Shown in pieces: positions 13,610 through 33,878 of a DNA stretch of 64,000 nucleotides (its first letter is position 1; each line of letters begins with the position of its first letter). Source of the stretch: Asterias rubens. Taxonomy: Eukaryota. Location: NCBI RefSeq assembly GCF_902459465.1, contig NC_047081.1:1798001-1862000 (forward strand), read 5' to 3'. The notes beneath the pieces were generated by a model. It saw only the letters and a list, made by a program, of their open reading frames with translations. It searched no databases and was not told the origin of the DNA. The position numbers and the translations under genes are program-made.

Positions 13610-15619
13610 ATTATTTTCTTTTGAAGAACGAGTCTTCACATTGGCGTAGTTTGAAACTCTTTAACTCTGTGGGGGGAAATAATAAAACTTTTCAAATCTA
13701 GTGCATTTTCATTGTAATCATTGCATAAAATAACAAAGATTGAATTTGAGTAAGTTATACAACTTTTTTACATAGAGTAGGTCTATCAAAGGAAAGGATA
13801 TTTGGTAATCAGTCTCTTAAAATTGATGACAATAATATAACTTCTTGCGTTATGTTTTTTACTTTGAAGTAATGTGGTAATGGAAAAGAATCAGTTTTCA
13901 TGATCCCCGAAATTTGAATCTGAGAAGCGTGTATTCCAGTTACGGAGTATTCTTCCTGCCTCACTTCGGATTTCAGCCATCTCAAAAATTCTACCACCAT
14001 TTTGAAATTAAACTTTGACAGGCTAGTTTTATTGTAGGTCTTTAAGTTTTTTATACCACCAACCTCTCCCCATTACCCGTCACCAAGAAAGGTTTTATGC
14101 TAATAATTATTTTGAGTAACTACCAATAGTGTCCACTGCCTTTAAAAGGAATGTGGTTTGAAACAGAGGGATTCCAAAGCGTTTCCATCTGAACACATGT
14201 CAATCCCAAACAAATTAATTTGTCATGCATAAAACGTTTCTCCTGTATTCTTTTTACGGACAATTCTTCATGCATAGACATAGCCATTCCAAATTGTCTT
14301 CAATATCTCAACAACTCAACCACCTTTCGAAACAAAGTATACTCTGCATTAAGAGTCAACAATCTGTTATACAATAATTATTGGTGCTAGCTTTAAAACA
14401 ACGTTCCTATCGTACTTACGTTTTTAAGACAATGGTAACTCCAGGTTTGGTGATGTACGCATCAACGAATAGTGTACAATACAACAAGAGTAGTGCGGTA
14501 TGCAAATGAATGTCATGTATACTACTTACATTTCTACCTGCGTCTGGGTTGGGTCCAATGTCGCCAGTCCATGGAACAAACATGGGGTATTTATTTAGTA
14601 TCGTTTATGAACACCAGCTCCCGCGATAAAAACGATCAGAACAACTGATAAATATTGGAAGTTGACCCTCTTGGTCTGGTGTTTCCGAACTACACCCACA
14701 TGCATGATGGTGTGGGAGGTTTTTTAGTTTAAAGGCACTGGACACTATTGGTAATTACTCAGAGTTACTCTGCAGTTTCTGTGACATTGTGCACAGCAAA
14801 CAAACCCTTAAAGGCAGGCTCTTGGTAAAGACCAGTGTTCTCACTCTTGCACTGGGGCTTATTAATTGCTCATCGAAGTTGCAACTTAATAATATTATAT
14901 GAAAGGAAAGACTACCCTTTATGCAAATTTTGAACTTTCAGATGTCCGAAAATGGCTTCATTGCAAAGCCTTTCTCATTTTCGAAATTGTTGATAAAAAA
15001 ATCACCTTTCTCTAAAACCATCAATAAAGATGGGGTCGGTTTTATAACCACCAGCTTTCCGCGTTTTTTTTTAAGTCTATACCAAGAAAGTTTTCATGGT
15101 CATTCATTTTTAGAGAATAGTTCGAATTACCAAAGTCATAGACCCTCCCTTTAAACTCAACGACTGGTAAGCTGTCTGTAATAATACTCATTCCTTTTTA
15201 ATTATACAAGTAAAACATAATTAATAGGTTCTTTCCGGATCATGGGATAGTCTTTCTTGATAATCTGAGATTAGAGGTTCTTTACTGATAATCATTTGAT
15301 ATTATTTCTCGATAATCGGGAAGGTTCTTTCTTGATAATCTGTAAGGTTCTCTTCTGATAATGTTTTTTTGTCCCGCGAATTTTACAAACTTCTTCACCG
15401 AACGGACCTTTAAAAGGTGTTGTGCTTATACCTGCATTTTCAAATGCTATTTGATATCACGCAACCGGTGTGCAATTTGTGCCGCGTGAGTTCTTAATTG
15501 CACATGCGATCTGTCTGTTTATATTCAGGTCGTGTTTCCAATTCAATTAAAATGTACCAAAGAAGGTTCACAGTGTATATTATATGGTGCCATTCTGGTT
15601 GTTTTTGTGTGGAGAGTAT

Positions 15620-15779
15620 GGCCCTTTTCGAAGCCACGGCTTCGGCTTTGGATTCGGCTTCGGGCTCCGTCCTCTCTTCTGTAGCCGTGAGAGCACGTGC
15701 GCAGAACACGCGCATTATTTTGTCAATTTCAGTCGGGACCAAACTAGCCTGAGCACAAGCCATGGTTTCGAAATGGGCA
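15620..15779. mobile_element. GGCCCTTTTCGAA-family MITE
   Basis: TIRs and internal GGCTTCGGCTTTGGATTCGGCT block shared with 57069-57222 and 26585-26742. Confidence 0.75.
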
Positions 15780-15801
15780 TAATTATGTCTGATGCATAAT
15801 A

Positions 15802-16054
15802 GGGTGCGTTCGTTTAGCTTCCATGGGTCATCCCCGGTCTGCCCCGGTGCGTTCAAATAGCTGTTGACGTCATTCCAGGGGCTCACCCAGGTCAGCCCCC
15901 AGTGCCCTGCTTGTGGAATGGGTCACTTGGGGGCTGGCCCCAGGTAAACGACGTCACTACGAGAGCGGTGAGTGGTCGTTCGTTTAGCTCTTGTCAGGGG
16001 CTCACCCGAGTGAGCACCGCGGGGTAGACCCAGGGAAGCTAAACGAACGCACCC
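15802..16054. mobile_element. PIF/Harbinger-like MITE with GGGTGCGTTCG TIRs
   Basis: TIR GGGTGCGTTCGTTTAGCTTCC / GGAAGCTAAACGAACGCACCC, 3-bp TSD ATA. A second copy in opposite orientation at 1213-1463, and a shorter relative with a different interior at 19444-19595. Confidence 0.8.
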
Positions 16055-16873
16055 ATAATAGACCCTCCGTGACGTCACTAACAGCTCGTCTGTAGACTGG
16101 TCCCCTGTCCTTATCAGCAAAACAGGCACTTAGTCTTATCATTGCTCTATGGTCTTATACACAGGCCCAAATGAGTTCAGCGGATGAACTTGCAGTAGCT
16201 TTCAATTTCTGTGTTATGATTGGTCAGCTCCGAAGTGACGTAGTTTTTCAGCTACATACGCCAGCAGTTAACTGTATTTTCGATTGTCTGCTGCTGCGTT
16301 TAATTATGCTAAATGTTTGTAGGCCCCTATGCTGTTTGAATGACAAAGTTTGGTTGAATGGATGGATGGATGGATGGATGAGAGAAGGTCAAAGGTACAG
16401 CTGGCAGGCGCTAAAGACTGGTATTTGAAGTGTATTCACGAGCCTTGAAATGTGACGTCAGATGTTCAGGCTAAATCTGACACTGCATTCCACGGGGTGA
16501 ATTCGACTGTCCCAAAATGGCGCACCCAACAAAATATTTTTATTTTATTTTTATTGCGTCAGGTGAATTGAGTGAATATTTGCATAGTCATTGTTGACCA
16601 TTAGAAAAAAAACTACACTTAATAAGTATTCCTGTCTGCCGCATAAGTAAAGACGGTTACAACTTAATTAAATCCAAGTTTGTAATTAATTTTAATTAAT
16701 TGAGTACATTGGACCAACCCAATGTAGATTAATACAAAACAAACAATGGCTTGGTTCTTAAAGGTATCAAACAAGATTAGTATGGATACAAAACACCCTG
16801 TTCAATATTCAGCCCTGACTGGTGTTCTGGAAACACCGTAAAAAGGTACATTGCAGTAAATCTGAGCTCAAGA

Positions 16874-17371
16874 TAGACTTGGTTTCAAGATCGCGGCTAG
16901 TAAATCGATTTGCTCTCAACCACACCATGCTCCACGGGTTAGACACAAAACCACGACCACATACTTGGAATCAAGTCTAATGCCAATCCGGAGCCGGGTG
17001 CAAGCTGAGCATTGGGTAGACTTGATTTTAAGTGCTGAGGTTGTGGTTATATATTGCCGCCCACACAGATTAGCTATCACACGCCCAAACTTGCGATTTA
17101 TGTGATCGTAGGTTATTGGTGAGACGGAGGTTTATCAACAAGAGGGCGCTATTTCAAAGCATAAGATAATAGACCTTTTCGCAAATACCGGGGCGCGCGC
17201 GTAAAGCTTGGAATTAGGTGCATTGTGGTCTAGCTGGTATCCAAATTTGATCCATATATATCCCACAATGCACCTCATTCAACAGTCTGCGCTTGCGCAT
17301 TGGTATTTGCGATAAGGTCTATGGCTATCGGGTAGACTAAAACTACGATAACAGACTTGAAACCAAGTCTA
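16874..17371. mobile_element. TIR element with a nested 154-bp MITE (17169-17322)
   Basis: Outer inverted repeat TAGACTTGGTTTCAAG / CTTGAAACCAAGTCTA; inner inverted repeat ATAGACCTTTTCGCAAATACC / GGTATTTGCGATAAGGTCTAT. Confidence 0.6.
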
Positions 17372-17867
17372 AGGTGTGGGAAAGGCTCTTGACTTGACTA
17401 CGTTCAGTGTGCATCTCATCATTCTCCTGAAATAAACCTATTATGACTCATGCTTGGCCATACCTCAAAAATCTCCCCACAAGTTGTCTGAACAATTTTA
17501 CATAAAGGATATGACAGCTTCCGGAAGACAACTCGTGCATCGAAATTAGGTATGGATTACTTAAAGGGGAAAATTAAGTTTGCGATCAAACTTGGAAAAA
17601 ACGATCTCACTTTTTGAATATTTCAGAAACAAAGTGGACAAGATTGTCAATGTCGGAAGATGACTTCCAATAAGATTTTAAGCAAGACGTTTCCTTTGGG
17701 GAGGAACAGGCCCGGGGTCTTTGTCAGCAACCTGATGTAGACACGTTCACCTGTTTTCTATAATAGCTAGAGTAGTAAGCTGTGTTGTCTCGGGAACTCT
17801 GAGCAAAGCAACAGCCCACAGTCAAACTTTTGGTTAGCTAGTATTGTCACAACAGCAGTGAGCAACC

Positions 17868-19046
17868 ATGCCGTATCGGGGTTCTTTCTTCATCGGCTTC
17901 GCTCTGTCTTCCGCAATTTGGATTATCCTCGGAACATTAATCCTTCACCCGCCGATTTTGAAATTTCCTCCTAAAGGCACTGGGTCTATTGACGGGAATC
18001 TCTGCGCTTCGGAGACGCCTCCAAAAGGAAAAACTTGCATTCTAATCTTGGCCAGTTTACGGACAGGGTCGTCTTTCGTTGGCGAGCTCTTCGCTAATAA
18101 CCGAGATGTGTTCTATCTCTTCGAGCCTGGAATGGACCTTGGAAAGCGTCTCAATCACATCAGAGGAGGAAAGCAACTTGTAGAGAACGTTCTCTTGAGA
18201 ATGATTCAAGATCTGTTCAGGTGTGATTTCACCAACCTCCATTTTTATCTCCGGTGGCTCTCGAAGTTACCGGCTGATAAACTTTTGAAAATGGCGCCAA
18301 GATTGTATGAATACTGCCAGGAGAATTTGCTTCAAGGAACGTGCACCATAACAGAGAATGTTGCAAGGGTTGTGTGTCAGTCCAGCAGATACATTGCCAT
18401 CAAAACAATACGCATCCCGGATATGAGTCTGGTGCTTCCCATCGCCGAGCGTAACGCACTCAATCTGCGAGTGGTGCACTTGGTACGCGACCCACGTCCC
18501 ATGATTGCGTCACGATTCCTCGCCTTGACTCACAAGCGTTTATCTTCGGCCTCCTTCGCCAACACATCCCGAATCCTCCCGAACAGATCACGTGAGTTTC
18601 TATCCATCTACTGCAAGTACAACTGGCAGAACTTCGAGATTGGATCGCGTAACCCGACGCTAAAACAAAACTACATTTTCGTACGGTATGAAGACGCAGC
18701 TGTAGACCCATTAACGACTGTACAGAGACTATACCGATTTATAAATAAAACAGAAGTGCCATCAGCGTCGGTGCTGGAATGGATTGAGCTCAACACAAAT
18801 TGTGGCAACGAGAAGGGGTTGTACTCCACATCTCGCAACTCCACAGCAGTGTACCAACGGTGGCGGCGCACTTTGCCCTTTTGCCTCGCCAAGGAGATAG
18901 AGGGCGTTGGACAATGTCGTGACATGATGATAAGGATGGGCTATTTCCAAGTGAAAGATGAAGTCTATCTCAGAAATATGTCTTTGCCTCTTATCGGTGA
19001 CGCAGCAGTTATTAATCATCTAAAACATTCTTGGTTGTGGTTTTAA
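17868..19046 (+). CDS. Golgi carbohydrate sulfotransferase (CHST1/3/5-like Gal/GlcNAc-6-O-sulfotransferase family), intronless CDS, 392 aa
   Basis: N-terminal TM anchor (FFIGFALSSAIWIILGTLIL), 5'-PAPS motif SLRTGSSFVGELF, YLFEP, KTIR, 3'-PAPS motif VHLVRDPRPMIASR, VRYED; good start context accATGC. Confidence 0.92.
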   Translation: MPYRGSFFIGFALSSAIWIILGTLILHPPILKFPPKGTGSIDGNLCASETPPKGKTCILILASLRTGSSFVGELFANNRDVFYLFEPGMDLGKRLNHIRGGKQLVENVLLRMIQDLFRCDFTNLHFYLRWLSKLPADKLLKMAPRLYEYCQENLLQGTCTITENVARVVCQSSRYIAIKTIRIPDMSLVLPIAERNALNLRVVHLVRDPRPMIASRFLALTHKRLSSASFANTSRILPNRSREFLSIYCKYNWQNFEIGSRNPTLKQNYIFVRYEDAAVDPLTTVQRLYRFINKTEVPSASVLEWIELNTNCGNEKGLYSTSRNSTAVYQRWRRTLPFCLAKEIEGVGQCRDMMIRMGYFQVKDEVYLRNMSLPLIGDAAVINHLKHSWLWF

Positions 19047-20784
19047 ACATGTATTCATAGCCTTAACATCTGACGTCAAACTTCGAGGCTCGTGAATAAC
19101 GCCAAAGAGGCCGGGCCTTCATCCAGCTAAAGGTCATCCTCTCGTCCGTCCATCTTCACCTTCCACCTTCACTACCGCAATCGAAGCCAAGATTGGGGGC
19201 AATTCGGTCCGCCGGAGATTCGTTCCCCATATTGGGAAATGTATGGGCTGAAGGAGGAATTTCCAAAAGAGGGCGCTAGCAGAAGAAGTTTGTACACAGT
19301 TAATAGGGGACAGATTATCTCCGGCCGCGGGGGGGGGGGGGGCAGAATCTCATGCACCGGTCGTACTGTCCCCCAATGGGAAATTAAAATGGGGTGGAGG
19401 AGGCAATTCAAAAGAGGGCGCTATTAGACGTAGTTTTTACATTGGGTGCGTTCGTTTAGCTTCCCTGGGTCGACCCCAGTGTGTGGCGGGTTTTAATTCC
19501 AGGACGAACGTGGGTAATTATCTGCACACGTTCGTCCTGGAAAAAGAAAACGCCACACACCGGGGTGGACCCTGGGATGCTAATCGAACGCACCCACAGT
19601 TTGCCATTCTAGGGGACATAATCTCCGAAGAATTTCCTGTCACTCCGGCCGGTGTCGCATTCTATTAAGTCCTCTGTGCAATACTATCTGGAGGACATTA
19701 ATATTGCACATGCAGTTAAATAATATTGGATTGAATAAATCCTTCAATATTTTTGTTTATTTTTTTCGGACAGTGTGGTAACCACACTCTCTTTTATTTA
19801 ACTTTTTTTTTTACAGCTCCTGTGCCAGACTAACTATCTGAGACTGAGGATAACGAAATGCACATTAGAACAATCATTAACCGTTTAGTTCCAGTCTGCA
19901 CAACTCCCTCAATGGACGCCCTCTGTCGACAACAACCGTTATAATCAGTGACGTCATGGAAATGTGACTGATACGTATCTCATGAATATTTACATTTGGG
20001 TTACTCAGCGGTTCGCGGAATCACATTATTCGATACCACAAACCGATAATACGACAAAGCAATACTGACAACTAAGTTCATAGCTTTTTCTAATACGTAA
20101 CTTTGCTTTTGTAACAAAAATAACAACAAAGTAAAGATGATTTGGAAATGTGCACGTGAAGTCATGTTATTAAAAGAGAGAATTTACTTTCTGTGATAAT
20201 TTATTTTGTATTGTAAGCATTTAATAAATGTAATTTCAAGAAATTGTATTGGTTTTCTATAACAACAAAGCAGAAGTTAAAACAAAATAATTGTTCTTCT
20301 GGTATTAAAACTATTTAAAATTATTCTAGAACTCACACATTTATTTTTTTATTTTTTTATAAGCTTTTAGCTTTTTGCTTTATATCATTTAAAATTTAAC
20401 ATGTATAAAGTATAATTTGTTATCCATATTTAATTAATTGTTTATCTATTTATATATGTAATAAGAACATGTTTAAATGGAAATGCACATGGGGAATTGT
20501 TTTATTAAAAAGTCACTTGCTCATTATACTAAATTTGTTGGTGAAATTTAATTAATTTAATAGATGTTCGTTGTTGAATGCCGCGCAAGAGTCGATACTT
20601 TTTCTGCAGAAATCAAATTTGTATTTGCCTACGTACATCGAAATCGGTTAGTCGATCCTTGACACGACAGAGGCATGCAAAAACTGTGAAAAAAGGACGA
20701 AAGACAACCGGAGAAGGAAGTTGAAATCACCATTGTTCCATCCCTTTAGATACTTCTACACAAATATAAACACATTTAACAGAT

Positions 20785-27313
<6,529 letters not shown>

Positions 27314-30300
27314 TGAACCCCCTCCCCCACACAAGCTCCCACTACCCCCTCCCCCCTCCCCTCTAATACGTTCAAAGTCGGAGACTGCCAAACCCTTTGC
27401 AGTCGCAACCTGTCAATTGCACCTCCAACTTAAAAACAAATCTGTGTTATTGTTTTTGACAGTTGCTTTATTACCAATCACACAATGATCTGTTTTGCTA
27501 TGATTTTGATAACTTGACAATTTTGTTGTTTGAAGTACCCAGGTAATCTTTTTTTTATATGTGTAAAAAATATGTCATCGCTTTTTTCTTGGAGATGATT
27601 GTCAGTGCACACAACCCCTGAAAGGGGATGGATGGGAGACGTACTTATATGAGTTGGGGTTTTGGAATTAAACTTGCATCAAACTCCCAACCCAAGACTA
27701 AAAACATAATATACCATTAAACTGTACATTGGATGTAGCATAAGTGGAGGACTGTTACAAGTTTAAATAGTTTCACCCCTCCCCGACCACCAAGGTTGGT
27801 ATACATTATGAGTACTGCATCAACATTGGGTTCTACTCGCTCCAAATTGATCAACTTCGTTATCAAACTAAACATTGTTTGTACAAAAAGTTTGTTTTTG
27901 TTAATTATAATTTTCTTCTGTTTTGCCTTCTTTTCCCCCTCGACTGATAAACACATCTCTTATGTCCTTCTTAACAAAAATTTATACTTAGCTCAGAGGA
28001 ACAAAGAGTCGTTTCACTGATTTGATATACAAGTAGGTACATTTAATGTACGTATCTATTTATTTTTATTTTATTCTTTTTTTTTCTACCCCCCCCCTCC
28101 CCCAAAGCCAAATTCAAATCCTTAAGAGTTGCGTTTCATGATAGTGGAAAAGTGATCCCTGGAAGTTTTTCAAACAAAGGCAAAAATGGATACAACCCTC
28201 ACTAGCGTGTTGTTAATTTTCTTTCTTGTAATTCAGTACCGTAAATGTATGCCATCTGGATATATTTATTTCTAACGATGACAGTTATTAGCACTTTCTA
28301 AAGGTGACCCCCCCCCCCCAAAAAAAAAAAATTCTCTCCCCCCCCCCCTCCAAAATGTATCATACAAATTTGTTTGTTCGTACAAGAATTGTTAGCAGGT
28401 GTTATTATTCTGTTGCTGGAAATATGATTAAGATTTTGTTGCTTGCGGGGTCTTTGTTTCAGGGAACCTTGTTTTTCCACGTTTTATTTCATAAGAGGGA
28501 ACAAGGAAAAATACACTGGACGGCAGACCCTAGACCAGTGGTTTTAGTGTCGGGTCAGTAAACTTACATGCCTCAATTTAAATCCATGTCACTCACATCA
28601 TCTCAAATTCCAGCATCATTATAAACAAAAGACAACACCTAGGAAACAAACAAATGAGTGCGGTTCATATTTCCGGCAACAAAATGTTTCATATTTTAAT
28701 AGTTTCAAAGTAATGTTAAAAAATAAAACACAAAGACACCACATTTTGTTTTTAGGATGCATCTTTCACCAACTTGAGGCTTTATACACCGTTTAAAGAA
28801 AAGACAATCTATTCTCATGTTGATTGTGTTCAGTAAGTGTAATCGTGTAAATCAAATATCTCAGTAAAGCACGGCTGAACTTCTCACCCGACAAATGCAA
28901 AGCAAAATTTGGTAATGCAACAATCTGGATGCGTTGTTTTTCCAAAATTTTCTTCTTACGAAGCATTCCCAGGAATTATGAATCAGGTTTAGGACCACAT
29001 TAATTTCAAAAGGTGTCCTCGTTCGTCTTTTTAAAATTAAGCCGAACTTTTCCAAAATGGTGTTTACAGCCTTTATGCTGGCTTGCTTTAAAATCTATGG
29101 ATCTTAGATCAGAAATTCCAAGTTGCTTAACAATTTTCTTAGATTTGCTGTTTGGGGGCGAAAGTTTTTAAAGCCCAGTTTCACTCCTGTCATCATCTGG
29201 AGCCCAATTTTGTAGAGCTGCTCAGCAGCCGATTTTGTGCTTACTGTGCGAATTTCCATTTCGTAGCGCTGTTAACTGTAAGCACGCGAAAAGGCATTCA
29301 TACTCTATGAAAATGAATTATATTGCTCTCTGTGCCCTGATAAAAATGGAAATTGCACCCAGCAAAATTTGTTGTGTTTTTTTCCAGCTGGTGCTTACTG
29401 TGGGAAAACCATAGAGAATAATTAATGTGTTGAGTGGTTTTGCTGGTTGCGTTTTACTTGTGACCACAACAAATTGAAGACTTTCGTCCCCATGGCTTTG
29501 AAAATTTTTAGTCCCAAATTCTGTTTTTGTTTTCCTAGAGAAATTAAGGCAACGGAAGACCGGGCCCAATTTCATAAAGCTGTTAAGCAGCCTGTTTCTG
29601 CCCAAGCGAGACTTTTATGTTCTTAGCAAGCTTTTGTGCTTACAGGCTTTATGAAATTAGGCCCTGTAATATCAGTAGGGTTTAAGTGTGGCTTTCTAAA
29701 CTTGGCTTTTAAAAAAATTGTTACTCAGTCAAACCTGTTACAATGGCCACAAAGACCGTTTTGGTCATTGTGAACAATCGGGCAGAAATTGTGTTTAGGT
29801 TTTGGGTCACCTCCAAGCCTCGATATGGATTCAGTGTTTTTCAATACAGAAACAATTAAATGGCCGATCCAGGTTAAACAACAAGATCACCGGCCGTTAA
29901 ACAATACTCCTGAAATGGATGTCGGTTTTGATAAAAACTTACCCAAAGTGATAAAAGTTGTTTGTCATGCTGAAAGGCCTCCTTAGGGCCCAATTTCATT
30001 GCTCTGCTTACTGTAAGCAAAGATTCAATGCTTACGGACGCAGGGAATTCCACGCTTACATGTACATCAAGCATATTTCACGGGTTAGCAGGGTAGTTTT
30101 GCTTGTGCGTGTTTGCACAATACATTACAAGGCAGTCTTGGCTTACACAGCTTGCTAGCGCTTGGCGCTTGTTCAGTAAGCGATGAATGATGAACTTAAG
30201 CACAGAACTCGCGGTTAAGCAGAGCCATGAACTTGGGCCCTGGCCTCTTTAAACAGGTTGGGTGGCCACTGTATGCAGGTTTTGGCCGTCCAGGATTGCT

Positions 30301-32984
30301 ATAATGACTTTAATGGGTGATTCTTATTGTTTATGTGCACTGTTATGCGATATGCGTGTTTATTGAATGTACCAGTACCACTATTAATTAGTCTTTTGGG
30401 TTACTATCTTGCGTAGATTATATGAATGCACGTGACCCATTATCCAAAAAATTTAAAAAAATAAATGTAACATAAAAAAAAACTACAAATGGAATTTTGT
30501 GCGTGGTCGTTTGCTTTGGCTTGTTGTTTGTTTACTCAAAAGGGAATGTATACTTGGGTTTTTGTAAATATAGATGTTAAAGGCAGTGGACACTTGGTAA
30601 TTACTCAAAATAATTATTAGCATAAAACCTATTATGGTATAAAACATTGTGAGAAACGGCTCCCTCTGAAGTGCCATAGTTTTCGAGAAAAACTTTAAAC
30701 TAGCCCATACGGAATGTATTTAAATAACCCCATTGAATGGCCTCGTCTCCAGCTCCAGCGGCAAGATTCTACTATAAAGGAAGCCAGGAGCTTGGACAGC
30801 CCGACGGCGGCTCGTCAAAAGACTACTTCTTTTCGTCCATCATACCGCCCTCTTGTGTCTAGGTTGATTTAATTTTGTCCTTGTGTTTACGTGGCCTTGT
30901 TTATATCTTTGCGTGATGCAATTCTCGTCCACTCTCAGATAGTATACTATTTCCTGTGAGCTGGTTTAGGGGCCATTCTATCGTTTTTTACCAACATAGT
31001 ATGCACTGAAAAACAAAGTATTGTCTCAAATGAACTAGATAATATTTCAGATCATGTTTTTCTTTTTCATCAGGGATCACGGGGGGGGGGGTGTTCAAGG
31101 TCCTTGGGAATTTGTTTTAAAGCAATTTGTTCTGCTTTAAGCACCTCGATAGTATTATAAAATGAACTGGCCTGGGCCGAATTTCATTTAGCAAAAAACT
31201 TGCTTAGCAAAAGAAAAACTTGCTTAACAAAACTGGTTATAAGCCAAATTCCATAACGAGGGGTGCAAGCATGCACATGAAACTTGCAGAACACGAAAGA
31301 CTGTTACTTGCTTCTTATTGCAAAGGACCTTGCTAAGCAGATGTTTTCTACCATTCTACTAATATGGGCCCAGCGCAGGTCAGTAGACTTTGTATTTTCA
31401 TTAATAGTACACCTCCGTTGTAAGTTCCCATTGTGCAATACACTAGGCTTAGCATTGTCCCTGTTCGACCACGAAACAGCTGGCTGTATTTGCTCACGTG
31501 CACCAACATGCCCTATAAGGCAAAACAAACGACTGTGCATTGCCCAGTTAGTAGGAGATAACCCTGAAAACTAGCTCTGTTCGAGTGCAAGGATCAGACG
31601 GTAACGAAATGGCTACATCATCAGGTTTTTTCTCGGATGTGCAAACTTCAAAGCAAAAAAGTTAGTAAAACCACCTCCATGGTAAAACATATATTTTGTT
31701 TAGTAGGCCCCACTGCAACAGGACGTAGCATATAGAATGGAGGTAGAGATGATAACTATTATTTACGATTAGAATACAATCAATCCCCTAATTGCGAGTG
31801 AATAATGTGAGTGACATTGTATTGTAGTACGTGATCGAAGTCTTCCATGTGTAAACACGAAGTAGGCTACATGTTCGAACAGCGGTGCAGAGAGGCGAGG
31901 ACAATATCAATTGTTTCTAGTTTGATCTCTGTCCTTTCTCGTTGATCTGTGCACCTCCAACATGATCTGAACACTGGTAAGTAAATTATTACCTTCCGTT
32001 TGATGAATTGTATACAAACCAATATTCTCACTTGGTGTATAGGCTCTACCTCCATGTCCCAACATAGGCATTACAATAACAACCCTGTGAAAAGTTTGAC
32101 ACTCAACTGCCTTGGTCACTGAATTTGCAACAGAATAATGTAAATAATGTAAGAAAAAAAAACCCTTGTAATGTTGCATTACTTTGCGTGCTTTCCGGAT
32201 GCATAATAAAAGTTGTGTATAATTATATAATAATTTTGATTGAGAAATTACCTCTTAAAAACGAAAAACACGATTCATCAGAGAGGGAGCCGTTCATCAC
32301 ACTAATTTAATCTATCAACAGCTCTCGATCCGTTGTTTAAAAAGTAAGTGTATATGCTAACAATATTGTTGTAGTGTCAAGTGCCTCAGCTAGCTGATTA
32401 GCGATTGACCAAAATGATTTCATACCTGCTTGACATAAAAGAGACACATATTGTTCACCATGTTTACTATATTATTGACTATATACTTATGAATGTTTTC
32501 TACAGTTGTATTTTGAATTTATTTTGCAATTTTGCTGTTGTCTTTGTCTGGTTATGTGTGATCATTAGAGCAAGGAACAGATCAAGGGTCCCCCTGTGGG
32601 CCTACATGCGTGCCTGTGTTTTGGGTTTCCCTTTGTCACCCCACATGCACAGTGTATTTTGATGTGTCATAAATCACTCTAATATGCATAATGTACAAAA
32701 AAATAAACTAAACTTAACTTAACTAATTAGTGGTGTGACCGGGCATGCCCTGATGTGTTTAAAAGATATTGCGGGAACGGTGAAATTGTGCTTTGAAAAT
32801 GAACTTTCCTACCTTACGCTTTACAAAGCTCCAGTGCCCAACAGACATGTGGTAATGACACTGAAAATTAATGGCAACTTTGGTCAGAAAAGAAGATAGT
32901 CATAGCCTACAGCCGCTAGCTTTGGATACGATAAATATATACATTGAAACTTTTCACTTCGAGCAGCGAGTAATAATAATAATA

Positions 32985-33348
32985 TCGAAGTCTTAGCGCA
33001 CGTATCTACCAAACAAGGTACTCAAAGCGCTGAGATTCAAACTTTCAGAAAGATAGGTTATTGCAGTGATGAATTCTGAGACCCATTTTTTTAGCACCTT
33101 ATAATGGTTTACAAACAAGATGCAACGGTGCTTATATCAGCCACAGCCAGGAACACCGGGGCGAACCCCTTCTCTTTTAGATAAGTGCACTGGGTTCTTT
33201 TACATGCGTTATATATACACAACACATGGGACCAACGGCTTTACGTCCCATCCGAAGCACGAAGCAATGGTTAAGTGTCTTGCTTTAGGACACGAGTGTC
33301 ACGGCTGGGGATTCGAACCCACACTCTGCTGATAAGAAACACCAGAGT
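32985..33348 (-). mobile_element. tRNA-derived SINE, longest copy
   Basis: Head with B-box-like GGGTTCGAATCCC followed by a conserved body (GCAAGACACTTAACC...GGATGGGACGTAAAGCCGTTGGTCCC). 5' fragments of the same family at about 436-566 (+), 2225-2300, 23450-23545, 26870-26930 and 7765-7820. Confidence 0.7.
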
Positions 33349-33846
33349 ACTGCAGTTATGGAAAATACACTTGTTATCCCCTCCAAAAAGTAAATCTGAG
33401 AAGCGCCACTGTAGTAACGCTTCTCATGTAGCGTATCCCACTCACATAGTTCTTCCTGCTTGGACATTAATTTAATACCGCTCAAGCTTCAAGGTTTTCG
33501 GTAACATTTGGAAATCTTTACAACTTTTTCTAATTAAAGTTTCAAAGGTTAGATTTACTGTCATTTTTCTACGGTTTTATGCACTGTATAATTATCTACA
33601 CGTACTATAAATAGGACCATCAACAATAGAAAGATAGGACTGAAACAAACAGCTGTTATATTTACATCTACAGATAGTTTTAATTACCAAACGTATAACC
33701 TACAATTCCAGAGTAACTTTACATATAAATTTATACATTTAAATATGAATAATATTAACTAAATATAAATAGTAGACCTTCGGGTACAACCATGTGTAAA
33801 ATCTCTTTTGAGTGAGTGTTGGCTCTGAAAAGAGCCGGTCACTGGT

Positions 33847-33878
33847 CTCGACGTTTCGAACAGTATAATCTGCTCGTC
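33847..33878 (-). ncRNA. Minimal hammerhead-ribozyme-like remnant (Penelope-like/retrozyme family); 5' core truncated
   Basis: Minus strand reads GA-C-GAGCAG-attata-CTGTTC-GAAAC-GTC-GAG. Sister copy 59611-59641 retains CTC-CTGAAGA but has lost TTCGAAACG. Confidence 0.55.

Noticed and set aside
14527-14715. Short minus-strand ORF with a hydrophobic stretch (YLSVVLIVFIAGAG) upstream of the cadherin gene
   Set aside because: Ends in a stop before a usable donor, and the real signal peptide is in exon 13540-13609. The region is at most a 5' UTR exon (donor-like GTAAGT near 14525-14530).
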